A stretch of 64,000 nt of DNA, taken from contig WQWV01000001.1 of the NCBI GenBank assembly GCA_009785175.1, forward strand, positions 60,963 through 124,962, written 5' to 3'. Every line of letters begins with the position of its first letter. The stretch's first letter is position 1. This document shows, one piece after another, positions 1 through 9,855 of the stretch. Made by a program: the position numbers and the translations under genes. Below the pieces are notes generated by a model that saw only the letters and a program-made list of their open reading frames with translations, was not told where the DNA came from and did no database searches. The DNA comes from Alphaproteobacteria bacterium (lineage in GTDB: Bacteria > Pseudomonadota > Alphaproteobacteria > Rs-D84 > CACZYB01).

Positions 1-1
1 C

Positions 2-3000
2 CGCAATGACCCATCGGTCCGCCAACTTCAAAGGACCGGCGACCCCTTCCGCTGTATCTTCAACTCTTCGGTGGCAAGAACCGGCTTCTTCCCAGCGCTT
101 AACAACGAATGCGAAGATTCGGCGCTTACCCCTTCGGCCCAACTTCTTTGCAGACAGTTCAACGGAATAGTCGCTGTAGGCGGGACTACGGACGCAAGCG
201 GCACGACCACCGGCGCAACCCAGCGGAACGTTCTCGGCGCGCTTTTCAACAACACGACCGGAACCAACAACATAGTCAACCAAGCCACCGCGGTCGCAGG
301 CGCATGCCCGTTCAACATGGCAGCCCAGCTTAACGCCGATCGCATAAATTTCGGCCGATCGCAGCCCGAGCTTAGGAACCCTATTCAGGGAACCGGCGCG
401 GATTCTAGGCACTCCTGCACCTGCACCATAGTCCGAGTAAGCACCGGCGGCATAGTTGCGCCTGATACGGATACCTCGCACGCGAATAACCGCGGCAACA
501 GGTTTGCCTGTCAACCGGGTTCCGAACGCCTGATGATGGGCGTGCGCGCCGGCACCCGCGAGTTCAGGAACAAGGACGCGAACTACCTCTATCTCGGCTA
601 TAACTACTTCTGCGGCATAACCGAGAACGTGGACGAATACGGAATCACGATGAACGATTGCATAATTGCCCAGAATGCGCTTGCCTCGCGCGCGCCGTTC
701 GCGACCAAAGCCTCGACCCAATACTTCCTCGAGGCTGCGTTCAGAATGGAGAACGGCGAATCAAGGGACGGCATTCCCTTCAGGATTTTGAACTTCCAGG
801 ATTCCGCGCTCTATCGCAATAAAATCAGCCGCATGGGCCTCGACACGCTCGAGAAATATCTAGTAAGAAACGAGGACGTTAACGACCTTAGGCGCGAACT
901 TGGCATCACGCCCGATGAAATGGACCAGTTCTTCAGCGTCTCTGTCCCCGTGCCAAGCAACTTCGTTCGCGTCAACGGCGCAGGACTCTTGAACGAGGGA
1001 ACCCGCCTCTGTCTTTCCGGAAGCCGCCTGTCCCCCACCGACCAGGCCAAGTTCGGCGATGCTAATTCCCAGAAATTGCAGCAGGCGTTGCGCGTGCTCC
1101 AGCGTTGCACGAAGCCCTCGAACAACGACACTCAAACCGCGCCCGGTCTAGCACATGACAACAACATAGCGCTCCAGTCTCAGCAGGGCGAGCACGACAA
1201 CCCGATAACCCTTGCCTATCAGATGTTCTACCTCGCCGGTATCGAACCTCATGTTGGCCAAGGCGCACGCACATCGGCCAACAACGACGGCCGGAACGCA
1301 GCCAATTCGGTGGTCGGCGACTTCCATAGTGTCGTCCGTTCGTGCCAAGCCTACGAGTCCAACCTTGCTGCTGCACGCGGTGCGGCTTACGCAAGAATGG
1401 TGGACTTCTTTAATAACTTCCTCGAGGAGAACTTGGCGAAGTTGATAAGAGGTTCGACAAGGAACGTCCGCACAATCGCGACGGAGTTTGCGGGGCTAAG
1501 GACACTTGATTCCGAGCTGCAACAAGTCGAAGCCGCCGCCACAACGGCAAACTTGGAAATGCGCAACCAGCTTAGGACGCAGATGGCGACCGCGCATGCC
1601 ACGGCGATCCTTCGCGAGTGCACCAAAATGCTCCGCACCTGGGAAATCGATGTCGGCAACATGTATACGCTGTTCAACGACTTGAACGTGATCGTTCGCA
1701 TAGATAATTCTACCGTCCATCCCCAGTGGATACACGAAACAACCGAGATATCTCAGCTTGACGACGCCACCACGAGCATTCCCGACAACGGAGCCCAGAC
1801 AATAGCTCTTGGGTTCAGACCGATCTCCAAAACCATGATGTTCGAGAACAATAAAATCCCGGCCGTTTCGCCGCGCCGATGGACTCCTGCGGTCGAAGGC
1901 GATCTGCTTGGCTATGCGGAAATCCCGAACGCGGCCAACAGAAACGTCATGGAACATTACTACGTTCTTCGCTCGGCGGACGAAACCAACCACCTTGTAA
2001 AAATCGACAGGGTTGATGCGGAAAGACGCGTCCTGCGCTTCTCCGACGTGGTCAACTCGTCCGGCTTCGTTGATGTCGCATGCAAGGACGTTGCAGGCTT
2101 CACCTATGACGCTCTCGACCTAACCAAGGTCAAAGCCTGGAGCACCTGCCCCATATTCGAACTCATCGGCGCGACGGCAAGCGGCTTCTTGCCCGAAGGT
2201 ATCTATAGGGTCGGTATCGTAGGTTCCGGCGGCGGCGCTGCTGGACATCGTGGCAAGAATCACGCAACTGCTGGCATGGGCGGATCGGGCGAACTCATAG
2301 TTCGACTTCTGACCTTGACCGGACGGACGGACTTCACGCTTAATATAGGCGACGGCGGCGGCGCGGGCGGCGACAAGGCCCAAGCCGGAAAAGATGGTTC
2401 TTCCACTGTCTTTACCCTCAGCACACAGGGCCGCGTAAGCACCGCCATGATCAACTGGCTAAGAACCAAAGTTCCGACAACCGGCATTACCTCAATGGGT
2501 GGCATGGGCGGACAACCGACAAGGGCCGGGGACGCTCTTACCACCGGTGTCCGGGGACGCCACGGCAACGAAGCTTCTATCATCAACTGGGACAACGAAA
2601 GTGATAGAAATACGAAAATGTGGGGCACTCCTATGTTCAACATGGGCGCAGGCGGTCGACCCGTATCCGGAGAGGCGATAAACTCCATCGACAACCCGAC
2701 TGACGAGCTTATGCGCGGACGCCGCGGCCAACCTGGTGGACTACTTGTCCAATGCCCGTCGACGTCGACTTCTTCGAACAGCGCGAACTTCATACCCGAA
2801 AATCCTATAAGCATGGGCGGCGAAATCGACTGTAAGGCTGTTGCCGAACTTCACAAGTTCGAGCTTGATTGGTTGAAGTCCGATTACAAAAACACCTGCG
2901 GCTCGCACAAAAACTATGTAAAGGGCGGAAACAACGGCAAGAAGAAAGCATGGGCCAATTCGCTTAGCAAAATCAAATTCTATGCCCAGGTGAACAACGC

Positions 3001-3331
3001 GTTCTGTGCCGATCAGGGCACGCTTCCTGTGCAGCAGCTTGCCGTCTCGTCCGAAAAGTGGAAGGACGTTTCCTCGTGGTTCAAGGGCTGGGCAGGCTTC
3101 GGCTGGACGACCGGTGTTGCAGCTGGTGGATACTTAGCGACATTGGCAATAATAGGTTTTACAAATGCATGGAACCCTATGGGTTGGGTTGCACTTGGTG
3201 GCGCAGCAATTGCCGCTGCAACCATGTGGATAGTCGGTAATTCCGTATACTACTGCGTCCACGCCGGCCTAAGCTGGGACAACGACGGAAATTGGAACGG
3301 AACAATCCTTGACCCGGTTCCAAACCAATAA
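2..3331 (+). CDS. large Gly/Thr/Asn-rich surface or secreted protein, 5'-partial, with a C-terminal Trp/Gly-rich double hydrophobic anchor
   Basis: ORF track gives 71..3331 (GTG at 71), but the frame stays open back to nt 2, so the N-terminus lies outside the window. Gly-rich block GSGGGAAGHRG...NIGDGGGAGGDKAQAG near aa 730-800. The last ~80 aa form two hydrophobic helices. A strong terminator follows. Confidence 0.6.
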   Translation, partial: RNDPSVRQLQRTGDPFRCIFNSSVARTGFFPALNNECEDSALTPSAQLLCRQFNGIVAVGGTTDASGTTTGATQRNVLGALFNNTTGTNNIVNQATAVAGACPFNMAAQLNADRINFGRSQPELRNPIQGTGADSRHSCTCTIVRVSTGGIVAPDTDTSHANNRGNRFACQPGSERLMMGVRAGTREFRNKDANYLYLGYNYFCGITENVDEYGITMNDCIIAQNALASRAPFATKASTQYFLEAAFRMENGESRDGIPFRILNFQDSALYRNKISRMGLDTLEKYLVRNEDVNDLRRELGITPDEMDQFFSVSVPVPSNFVRVNGAGLLNEGTRLCLSGSRLSPTDQAKFGDANSQKLQQALRVLQRCTKPSNNDTQTAPGLAHDNNIALQSQQGEHDNPITLAYQMFYLAGIEPHVGQGARTSANNDGRNAANSVVGDFHSVVRSCQAYESNLAAARGAAYARMVDFFNNFLEENLAKLIRGSTRNVRTIATEFAGLRTLDSELQQVEAAATTANLEMRNQLRTQMATAHATAILRECTKMLRTWEIDVGNMYTLFNDLNVIVRIDNSTVHPQWIHETTEISQLDDATTSIPDNGAQTIALGFRPISKTMMFENNKIPAVSPRRWTPAVEGDLLGYAEIPNAANRNVMEHYYVLRSADETNHLVKIDRVDAERRVLRFSDVVNSSGFVDVACKDVAGFTYDALDLTKVKAWSTCPIFELIGATASGFLPEGIYRVGIVGSGGGAAGHRGKNHATAGMGGSGELIVRLLTLTGRTDFTLNIGDGGGAGGDKAQAGKDGSSTVFTLSTQGRVSTAMINWLRTKVPTTGITSMGGMGGQPTRAGDALTTGVRGRHGNEASIINWDNESDRNTKMWGTPMFNMGAGGRPVSGEAINSIDNPTDELMRGRRGQPGGLLVQCPSTSTSSNSANFIPENPISMGGEIDCKAVAELHKFELDWLKSDYKNTCGSHKNYVKGGNNGKKKAWANSLSKIKFYAQVNNAFCADQGTLPVQQLAVSSEKWKDVSSWFKGWAGFGWTTGVAAGGYLATLAIIGFTNAWNPMGWVALGGAAIAAATMWIVGNSVYYCVHAGLSWDNDGNWNGTILDPVPNQ

Positions 3332-3334
3332 AAC

Positions 3335-3367
3335 CAAAAACTCCCTCGGCATCCCCGGGGGAGTTTT
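3335..3367 (+). terminator. rho-independent terminator (AAAAACTCCC-loop-GGGAGTTTTT)
   Basis: Perfect 10-bp inverted repeat with a 13-nt loop and a T-run, directly after the stop of the large CDS. Confidence 0.8.
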
Positions 3368-3371
3368 TCTA

Positions 3372-3400
3372 TTGCACCTCTGCACTCGGCCTGCTATAAT
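3372..3400 (+). promoter_or_regulatory. sigma70-like promoter TTGCAC-17-TATAAT, probably giving a leaderless ftsE mRNA
   Basis: The -35 TTGCAC is at 3372-3377 and the -10 TATAAT at 3395-3400, with a 17-nt spacer. The ftsE ATG lies at 3407, only 6 nt after the -10. Confidence 0.5.
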
Positions 3401-3406
3401 TTCCGC

Positions 3407-4099
3407 ATGAGCCAAGAGAGAAAAGAGCCCCGGCCCCTTGTCGAATTCGACGACGTGTCTTTCCGCTACTTCGAGCACCAGGAGATTTTGAAAGACGTCA
3501 ATTTCAAACTCCACCGCGGCGAGTTCGTATTCCTTACCGGTCCGTCGGGCGCCGGCAAGACCTCGTTCCTTAACCTCATGCACCTAAACCTTATGCCGAC
3601 TTCGGGCACGGTAAAACTTTTCGGCCGAAATATCGAGCGGCTAACCCCCAAGGACTCCGCCGCCGCGCGCCGCAAAATCGGCGCCGTGTTCCAGGATTTT
3701 CGCCTGCTCCCGCACCTCACCGTCCTTGAAAACATAGCGCTTCCATTAAGAATCTCCGGCAAATCCGATCGATACATCGCGACGCACGTCCCCGAGCTTG
3801 TCGAATGGGTGGGTTTGAAAAACAGAATGCAAAGCCTCCCGGACACGCTCTCCGGCGGCGAGAAACAGCGCGTCGCCATCGCCCGCGCAGTAATCGGGAA
3901 TCCAGACCTTATCATCGCGGACGAACCCACCGGCTCGGTCGACGACGAAATGGCCGGCAAGCTCTTATACCTTTTCAAAGAGCTCAACAAGATGGGCACG
4001 GCGGTCATCATCGCCACGCACTCCAAACTGCTTCCGGCACAGTTCGGATACCCTGTATATAGCCTGGGCGGCGGCATTATGACCAAGGTGGGCGCATGA
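3407..4099 (+). CDS. ftsE: cell division ATP-binding protein FtsE
   Basis: Walker A GPSGAGKTS, ABC signature LSGGEKQR, Walker B IIADEPT. Translationally coupled to the downstream ftsX. Confidence 0.9.
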   Translation: MSQERKEPRPLVEFDDVSFRYFEHQEILKDVNFKLHRGEFVFLTGPSGAGKTSFLNLMHLNLMPTSGTVKLFGRNIERLTPKDSAAARRKIGAVFQDFRLLPHLTVLENIALPLRISGKSDRYIATHVPELVEWVGLKNRMQSLPDTLSGGEKQRVAIARAVIGNPDLIIADEPTGSVDDEMAGKLLYLFKELNKMGTAVIIATHSKLLPAQFGYPVYSLGGGIMTKVGA

Positions 4100-4977
4100 T
4101 GATATTCAAAACCGACAAAGCGTTATCGTTGGACGTCTCCCGCCGCTTCCTTCCGTTCATGATGGCGTTTATAATTTTTATATCTAGTATTATTTTGGCG
4201 GTGTCCGGCATAGCCTCGCACATGCTGAACGCGCTTGGCAACCGCTTGACCAACGATGCGATAGTCCAGGTCTTGCCCAACATGAACGCCCGCGACCCGC
4301 GCGCCGAGCTTGAAACAACTATGGATCGGGTAAGGAAAGTCCTTGCCGCCGACACCGGCGTAAAATCGTTCAAAATCCCGACGGATAAAGAAGAGGCCGA
4401 GCTGCTTCGCCCCTGGCTTGGCAACATGGGCGCAACCTCGCTTGGGATTCCGCTTCCAAGAATTATAATTTTGAATCCCGCGAAAAATGTCGATTACGAC
4501 CGGCTTTCGATCGCGCTTAAGAATATTTCGCCGATGATCAATATCGAACGCTCGGCGGATTTCTCGACCGAGTTGAAGGGGCGCATTACGTCGTTAAAAC
4601 TCGTGCTTGATCTGATGATGCTGATAATCGCTGCTGCTGCGGCGTTTGCGATTATTCACGCGGTGCAGGCCTCGATCGTCGCAAACCGCGGCGCCATAGA
4701 GATCCTGCGCTCGATCGGCGCGGCCAATTATTATATCGCAAGCCGGCTTAGCAATCGCATCCTTCTTTCTTCGATCGCCGGTGCGGCCATAGGTTTCGCG
4801 CTATCCATTGCGACGCTTTATTATCTTCGAAGCTCGCTTGCCGGAACTTCGGGCGCGCTTGATATACCGACCGTATCTCTCGAGGCGGCATTCGTTCTGC
4901 CGGTGGTCGCGGCTGTGTTCGCGAAATTCATATCGTTCTTCGCAACTATGTTTTATCTAAGGGGGAAACCGTCATGA
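4096..4977 (+). CDS. ftsX: cell division permease FtsX-like
   Basis: 4-bp overlap with ftsE. Has an N-terminal TM segment and C-terminal TM helices. Length (293 aa) is typical of alphaproteobacterial FtsX. Confidence 0.75.
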   Translation: MMIFKTDKALSLDVSRRFLPFMMAFIIFISSIILAVSGIASHMLNALGNRLTNDAIVQVLPNMNARDPRAELETTMDRVRKVLAADTGVKSFKIPTDKEEAELLRPWLGNMGATSLGIPLPRIIILNPAKNVDYDRLSIALKNISPMINIERSADFSTELKGRITSLKLVLDLMMLIIAAAAAFAIIHAVQASIVANRGAIEILRSIGAANYYIASRLSNRILLSSIAGAAIGFALSIATLYYLRSSLAGTSGALDIPTVSLEAAFVLPVVAAVFAKFISFFATMFYLRGKPS

Positions 4978-5597
4978 CCATCGAAATCGGCCTTAAGAGG
5001 GAAAATTGGTTCGACCGCAACGCGAAAAAGATTCTGCTCTCCCTATTGGCTTTCTCGATAATATACTCGCTTGGCTTCGTAGCGTTCGTGCAAACGCTAA
5101 GATTCAAGAACGAGGACATAGGCAAGGCGGATGCGATCGTGGTGCTAACCGGCGCGCCCGGTCGTATCGAAGCGGGCCTGCAAATGCTTAAGGACGGCGT
5201 CGCTCCGAAGCTTTTCATCTCGGGCATCGAAAACAAGATCTATCTGAACCAAGCGGTCGAGAAGGCGCGCATCAATCCGAAACAGGTTGCGTTCGGCACC
5301 GCCAAAAGCACGGCCGAGAACGCGCTTGAAACCGCCGAGTTCGCAAAGAGGAACAATGTAAGAAGCATGGTCGTCATCACCTCGTTCTATCACATGCCCC
5401 GCGCCCGCGCGCTTTTCAACCGCTACCTAAAGGGCGTAGATATAACATACGTTCCGATAAGCCACCAGATTCGCGATTCAAGGAATGTATTCAGGAATTC
5501 CATAGCGCTCTCGCTTGCGTTCAAGGAGTATAACAAGTTCCTTATCACCGGCGCGCTTACCTATTTCGGCGCGGACACGGCAATAAAATTTCTATAG
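4974..5597 (+). CDS. DUF218 / YdcF-ElyC-SanA family protein
   Basis: N-terminal TM segment, then ADAIVVLTGAPGRIEAGLQML...SGIE, characteristic of DUF218. Overlaps the ftsX stop. Confidence 0.7.
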   Translation: MTIEIGLKRENWFDRNAKKILLSLLAFSIIYSLGFVAFVQTLRFKNEDIGKADAIVVLTGAPGRIEAGLQMLKDGVAPKLFISGIENKIYLNQAVEKARINPKQVAFGTAKSTAENALETAEFAKRNNVRSMVVITSFYHMPRARALFNRYLKGVDITYVPISHQIRDSRNVFRNSIALSLAFKEYNKFLITGALTYFGADTAIKFL

Positions 5598-5606
5598 GAG
5601 CCGCAG

Positions 5607-6314
5607 ATGACATTCGCCCGCTCGCTTGTTTTCTTTGTTTGTTTCCAGGCTTTGACGCTGGCGCTTGCGATAATCTCGTTGATACTTTTCTGGGCGCCCA
5701 CGATGTGGATTTTGAAAATCGCGCGGGTTTGGAGTTTTACGACGCTCGTGCTGCTCGATAAAATCTGCGGATTGAAATATCGCATACGCGGTCAAGCCAA
5801 CGTTCCGACACACCCGTATATCATGGCAAGCAAGCACCAGTCCGCCTGGGAAACCGTAGCATATCAATACCTATTCGGCCCGACGAATTTCATGTTCAAG
5901 AAGGAATTGATATTCATTCCCTTCTTCGGCTACGTTCTTTGGAAATCCGGCAACGTGATGGTCAATCGCGGCAGCACGACGAAATCCGGCCTTGCGAAAA
6001 TGATGGAAAAAATCAAAGACATTTTACGCACGCGCAATTTGGTGATCTTTCCCGAAGGGACGCGGAAATCCCCCGGCGCTAACCCGGATTACAAATCGGG
6101 ACTTGCCACGATTGCCAAGGCTATTCCAGGTTCATTCGTCCTTCCTGTTGCCGTCAATTCCGGGCGTTTTTGGAAGAAGGGCGGATTTATGAAATACCCC
6201 GGCACTATCGAGGTCGTAATCGGCAAACCGTTGAACACCGACGATTTCGATTCGCGCCAGGCCTTGACCACCAAGGTCGAAGCCGCTATTGAAGAGAATA
6301 TGAAATCTATCTAA
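5607..6314 (+). CDS. plsC: 1-acyl-sn-glycerol-3-phosphate acyltransferase
   Basis: HxxxxE-type box (HQSAWE) and FPEGTR motif. N-terminal membrane segment. Confidence 0.8.
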   Translation: MTFARSLVFFVCFQALTLALAIISLILFWAPTMWILKIARVWSFTTLVLLDKICGLKYRIRGQANVPTHPYIMASKHQSAWETVAYQYLFGPTNFMFKKELIFIPFFGYVLWKSGNVMVNRGSTTKSGLAKMMEKIKDILRTRNLVIFPEGTRKSPGANPDYKSGLATIAKAIPGSFVLPVAVNSGRFWKKGGFMKYPGTIEVVIGKPLNTDDFDSRQALTTKVEAAIEENMKSI

Positions 6315-6321
6315 ATATACT

Positions 6322-6420
6322 GAAGCTCCCAGCGAGTTCACTCGCTGCGCACACCACGCCGCCCCACGCAGTGCGTGTGCGCCCAAGGCGCTACCCGCCC
6401 AGCCGGCGTAGTGGCTTCGC
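6322..6420. repeat. ~100-bp intergenic repeat, copy 1 (palindromic core CAGCGAGTTCACTCGCTGCGC + ACGCCGCCCCACGCA)
   Basis: Near-identical core repeated at 14275-14395. Both copies sit immediately 3' of a gene (plsC, murI). Confidence 0.7.
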
Positions 6421-7493
6421 TATATAATTATCTCTGCCAACAGCGCATCCATTTTAAGAAAAGCGCTCTTCTTGAACCGCACATTCGAACGGCCCCACGC
6501 AAGCGATTCATGCAGCCGCAACACCTTCGAAAGCGGTATGCCGATGTTTGCCTCGAACTCCGCCATATCGATTCCACGCACTTGACGCAGCCCCATTATT
6601 GCGGCTTCCCTCGCTCGCGCCATCCGGGATAGGGGTTTTAATTTGGGCGAACCAGCCAGCCACTTTTCGACCGGGCAAGGATTCTTCGTTTCAAAAAATT
6701 TCCCCTCAACGCAAAGCCGTCCAGCCGCCGCAGGACCAATTCCGATATAATCTCTCCCGCTCCAATAACCGACATTGTGCCGCGATTCGAATCCGGGCGC
6801 GGCATAGTTCGAAACCTCGTATCGACGCGCAGCACGCCCCGCCGCCGCAAACATTTTTACGGCAAGCGTCTCGCCCGCCTCGGCCACTCCCGCACGCGCG
6901 AATGCGGTTCCCGGCTCGATCCCCAACTGATAAAGCGACAGGTGCGGCACATGCGCCCAGCGCGCCAGCTCCGCCTCCCAATCCGCCAAGGTCTGACCGG
7001 CAAGGCCATACATCAAATCTACATTATAGTTTGGAAAAATCTCCGCACCGGCCTCAACGAATTCCACCGCCTGCGCCGCAGTGTGCGCCCGCCCCAACCA
7101 CCGCAAAAACGAATCCCGCGTCGATTGCACACCAATGGATAAACGGTTCACACCCACCTCCCGAAACGCCCGCAATTTAGCAACATCGCACGTCGCCGGA
7201 TTAGCCTCGAGCGTAATCTCGCAATCGGACGCTAGCCGCCAGTTCCCGCCGGCCCGCGCTAAAATCTCCGACACGAATTCTACCGAGGCAAGCGACGGGG
7301 TTCCCCCACCGAAATATACCGAAACCACTTCCCGCCCGCCGCACACGCCGGCATAAAAATCAAGCTCCTTCAAATACGCCGAAAGCAATTCATCACCATT
7401 CCGACCACGCGCCGCGCACGAAGAAAACGCGCAATACCGACACTTGCTTATGCAATACGGATAGTGGATATAAATCGAAAGCGGCCGACTCAT
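6420..7493 (-). CDS. hemW: radical SAM heme chaperone HemW (coproporphyrinogen III oxidase-like)
   Basis: CxxxCxxC radical-SAM motif (YCISKCRYCAF). True ATG at 7493 overlaps the upstream transporter stop (ATGA). The ORF-track extension to 8168 is spurious. Confidence 0.85.
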   Translation of the reverse strand: MSRPLSIYIHYPYCISKCRYCAFSSCAARGRNGDELLSAYLKELDFYAGVCGGREVVSVYFGGGTPSLASVEFVSEILARAGGNWRLASDCEITLEANPATCDVAKLRAFREVGVNRLSIGVQSTRDSFLRWLGRAHTAAQAVEFVEAGAEIFPNYNVDLMYGLAGQTLADWEAELARWAHVPHLSLYQLGIEPGTAFARAGVAEAGETLAVKMFAAAGRAARRYEVSNYAAPGFESRHNVGYWSGRDYIGIGPAAAGRLCVEGKFFETKNPCPVEKWLAGSPKLKPLSRMARAREAAIMGLRQVRGIDMAEFEANIGIPLSKVLRLHESLAWGRSNVRFKKSAFLKMDALLAEIII

Positions 7494-8680
7494 CGCCCGG
7501 CCCTGCCCACAAATTTCATAATATATATATAATATCCCACCACCGCCCCCTTCAATACAAGCAGCGCAGCAATCGCAGCATGCACCGAATAAGCGTCCGC
7601 AATCATTCCGACCACGAAATATACAAGCGCCGAGAAAACTCCGGCCAGTATGGTTATGAACGCGCGCATGGTCGCCCGCTCGGAATCCGAAAATTCGCTC
7701 TGCATCAGCACGGATTCTGCGGTCGCCTCGGACCCTTGGCCAAGCGCAGAAAACGCGATGACGAACGGCGCGGCTATGTTGTTGAGCATAACGCCGATAC
7801 CGACGCCGGCGAAACGGAACATGTTGCCTATTATACCCATTTGCAAAATCCCGAACCGACGCAGCCACATCGTGATTCGAAACCCGAAGGAGGTGCACAT
7901 ACGCTGTATGAACACAATCAAATCCACCGCCCAAATCGGCACGAACATGCTGTAATAGACCGAGCCGAACCGATACTGCGAATCTACCCACGAATTGTTC
8001 ATCATGTGTATAGTCGCTATGCGCCGCGCGCCCACGCTTCGCATGAATTTCCCCAATGCGGAAACAAGATGTCCGAACGCCTTGCGCTCGCTTTTGACAT
8101 AACTTTTCGGCTCGACAAGCATAATGCTGGTGGCAAGCTGCGCGAAAGTGGGTATGACCGACACCCACGCGACCGCGATTATTCCGTAAAAGTAAATCAC
8201 CGGCACGGCCACCATCGTCGCCGCCGCTCCGCCCAAATAGCGCCAGACCTTGGTGCCCGAATACACTATGTCGTATTTCCCGCGCTTCTTCAAATCCGTC
8301 ATCGTTTCATACATAAGCGCTTCGTCGGTCCCGGACATGAACGCGTTGTAAAGCCCGAACATGACGACGCTTAAAAACAGAAGGCCCACGCTGCCGATGG
8401 TGCCGGCAATCGCCATGCAGGTTCCGGCCGCCATACAGAAGCTGTCGGACACAATCATGGTCTTCTTCCTGGACCACTTGTCGGAAATGATTCCCGTCGG
8501 CACCACCATAGCCGAAGTGGTCAGCATCTGAACCGAGGACACAAGGCCCGCCATTGCCCAGCTCCCGGTTATCATCTCGCAGAATATGACGTATACGCCC
8601 GACAAAGGCCAAAGCCAGTTCAAAAAATCGTGCGCCTTGAAAAGTGCGAGGTTCCGACGTATACGAAAACGCTTCATCAT
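7490..8680 (-). CDS. MFS-like multi-TM transporter, tandem paralog B
   Basis: About 12 hydrophobic helices. Shares PTGIISDKWSR and overall similarity with the gene at 8677..9855. Stop overlaps the hemW start. Confidence 0.65.
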   Translation of the reverse strand: MMKRFRIRRNLALFKAHDFLNWLWPLSGVYVIFCEMITGSWAMAGLVSSVQMLTTSAMVVPTGIISDKWSRKKTMIVSDSFCMAAGTCMAIAGTIGSVGLLFLSVVMFGLYNAFMSGTDEALMYETMTDLKKRGKYDIVYSGTKVWRYLGGAAATMVAVPVIYFYGIIAVAWVSVIPTFAQLATSIMLVEPKSYVKSERKAFGHLVSALGKFMRSVGARRIATIHMMNNSWVDSQYRFGSVYYSMFVPIWAVDLIVFIQRMCTSFGFRITMWLRRFGILQMGIIGNMFRFAGVGIGVMLNNIAAPFVIAFSALGQGSEATAESVLMQSEFSDSERATMRAFITILAGVFSALVYFVVGMIADAYSVHAAIAALLVLKGAVVGYYIYIMKFVGRAGR

Positions 8681-9855
8681 CTATATTTTCTCATAAGGTA
8701 AAAGAAATACGCCGCGATCACTGCCTTGTATAAAACCAAAACGCCAAGCGACGTCCGCGCTGAATACGCCTCGGCAAGCCAACCGGAAAACGCAAACACG
8801 CCGGCCGACAATACACCCGCGAATATCGCTATGATAGAACGCATGGTCGCCCGCTGCTCGTCCGTGAACTCCTCCTGCATCAATGCCGACTCGGCCGTAT
8901 GCTCGGGCCCCGTGCCAAGCGATGAAATCGCGAATATAAACGGCGAGATTATATTATTGAAGACAAGCGCCACGCCGACCGTCGAAATCTTATACACGTG
9001 TCCGACAAGCGCCATTTTGAAAAATCCCAAACCGCGCAACCGCATCGCGACCTTAAATCCGGCCGAGCTACAGATCCTATATATGGAATAGACCAAGTCC
9101 ACCGCCCAAATCGGCACGAACACGGCGAAGAAGATTGTGTTGATGCGATACTGCACCTCGCCCCACGAAAAGTTCATAGAATGGGCAAGCGCGATCCGCC
9201 GCGCCTTGCGGTTCCTAACAAACGCAAGCAAAGCCTCAAGCAAATGCGGGAACGCCCGCCGCTCGCTGCGACGATAACTTTTCGGTTCCACGAACATAAA
9301 ACTGACTACCGTCTGCGCCACCGCGGGTATGATCGAAATCCACGCAAGCATTAGCATGTCGAAGAAATAAATCACAGGAATAGCTATGAATCCGGCCGCC
9401 AACGCGCCGATGTATCGCCACGCCCTGGTGCTTGCGTATGCTATGTCGTATTCGTCTTTCCTATCAAGGTCGGCCATGGTTTCGTATATAAGGCCCTCTT
9501 CGGTTCCCGTCTCAAACGCACCGGCAAGTCCCCATATCGCCGCCCCCGCGAACAAAAGCGGCGTCGAGGAAATGACGCCCGCCATCGCAAAACACAATCC
9601 CATCGCGACAAAGAAAAGCGAGGATACGACAAGCGTGCGGCTTCGCGACCACTTGTCCGAGATTATGCCCGTCGGCACCGCGCATAACGCTTGGACAAGG
9701 ATATATAGCGAAAATACGAACGACGCGGTGGCCCACGATCCGGTTATTTGTTGGAAGTAGATTATAGCAACTGCGTTAAGCGGCCAGCACCAGTTGAGGA
9801 AGTTATGAACACGTAAAAGCCGTATATTCCGCGCAACAGGAAGCTTGCTAGTCAT
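8677..9855 (-). CDS. MFS-like multi-TM transporter, tandem paralog A
   Basis: Paralog of 7490..8680. The real start is MTSKLPVARN at 9855, 2 nt after the rdgB stop. The Arg/Lys-rich N-terminal extension in the ORF track is antisense read-through of the rdgB tail. Confidence 0.65.
   Translation of the reverse strand: MTSKLPVARNIRLLRVHNFLNWCWPLNAVAIIYFQQITGSWATASFVFSLYILVQALCAVPTGIISDKWSRSRTLVVSSLFFVAMGLCFAMAGVISSTPLLFAGAAIWGLAGAFETGTEEGLIYETMADLDRKDEYDIAYASTRAWRYIGALAAGFIAIPVIYFFDMLMLAWISIIPAVAQTVVSFMFVEPKSYRRSERRAFPHLLEALLAFVRNRKARRIALAHSMNFSWGEVQYRINTIFFAVFVPIWAVDLVYSIYRICSSAGFKVAMRLRGLGFFKMALVGHVYKISTVGVALVFNNIISPFIFAISSLGTGPEHTAESALMQEEFTDEQRATMRSIIAIFAGVLSAGVFAFSGWLAEAYSARTSLGVLVLYKAVIAAYFFYLMRKYR

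Noticed and set aside
28-345. Minus-strand 105-aa ORF and plus-strand 74-aa ORF (109..333) inside the large surface-protein gene
   Set aside because: They are entirely nested in, or antisense to, a long well-supported CDS. The GC-rich sequence gives long spurious frames.
6548-7356. Several plus-strand Pro/Arg/Ala-rich ORFs (6548..7180, 6777..7142, 7081..7356) and similar ones at 7580..8374 and 8998..9354
   Set aside because: Antisense to hemW and the transporter CDSs. Their composition is typical of GC-rich shadow frames.
6420-8168. ORF-track 582-aa version of hemW
   Set aside because: The N-terminal 225 aa is Arg/His/Cys-rich nonsense, antisense or out of frame to the transporter gene. The radical-SAM domain starts at MSRPLS (7493) with an ATGA overlap to the upstream stop.
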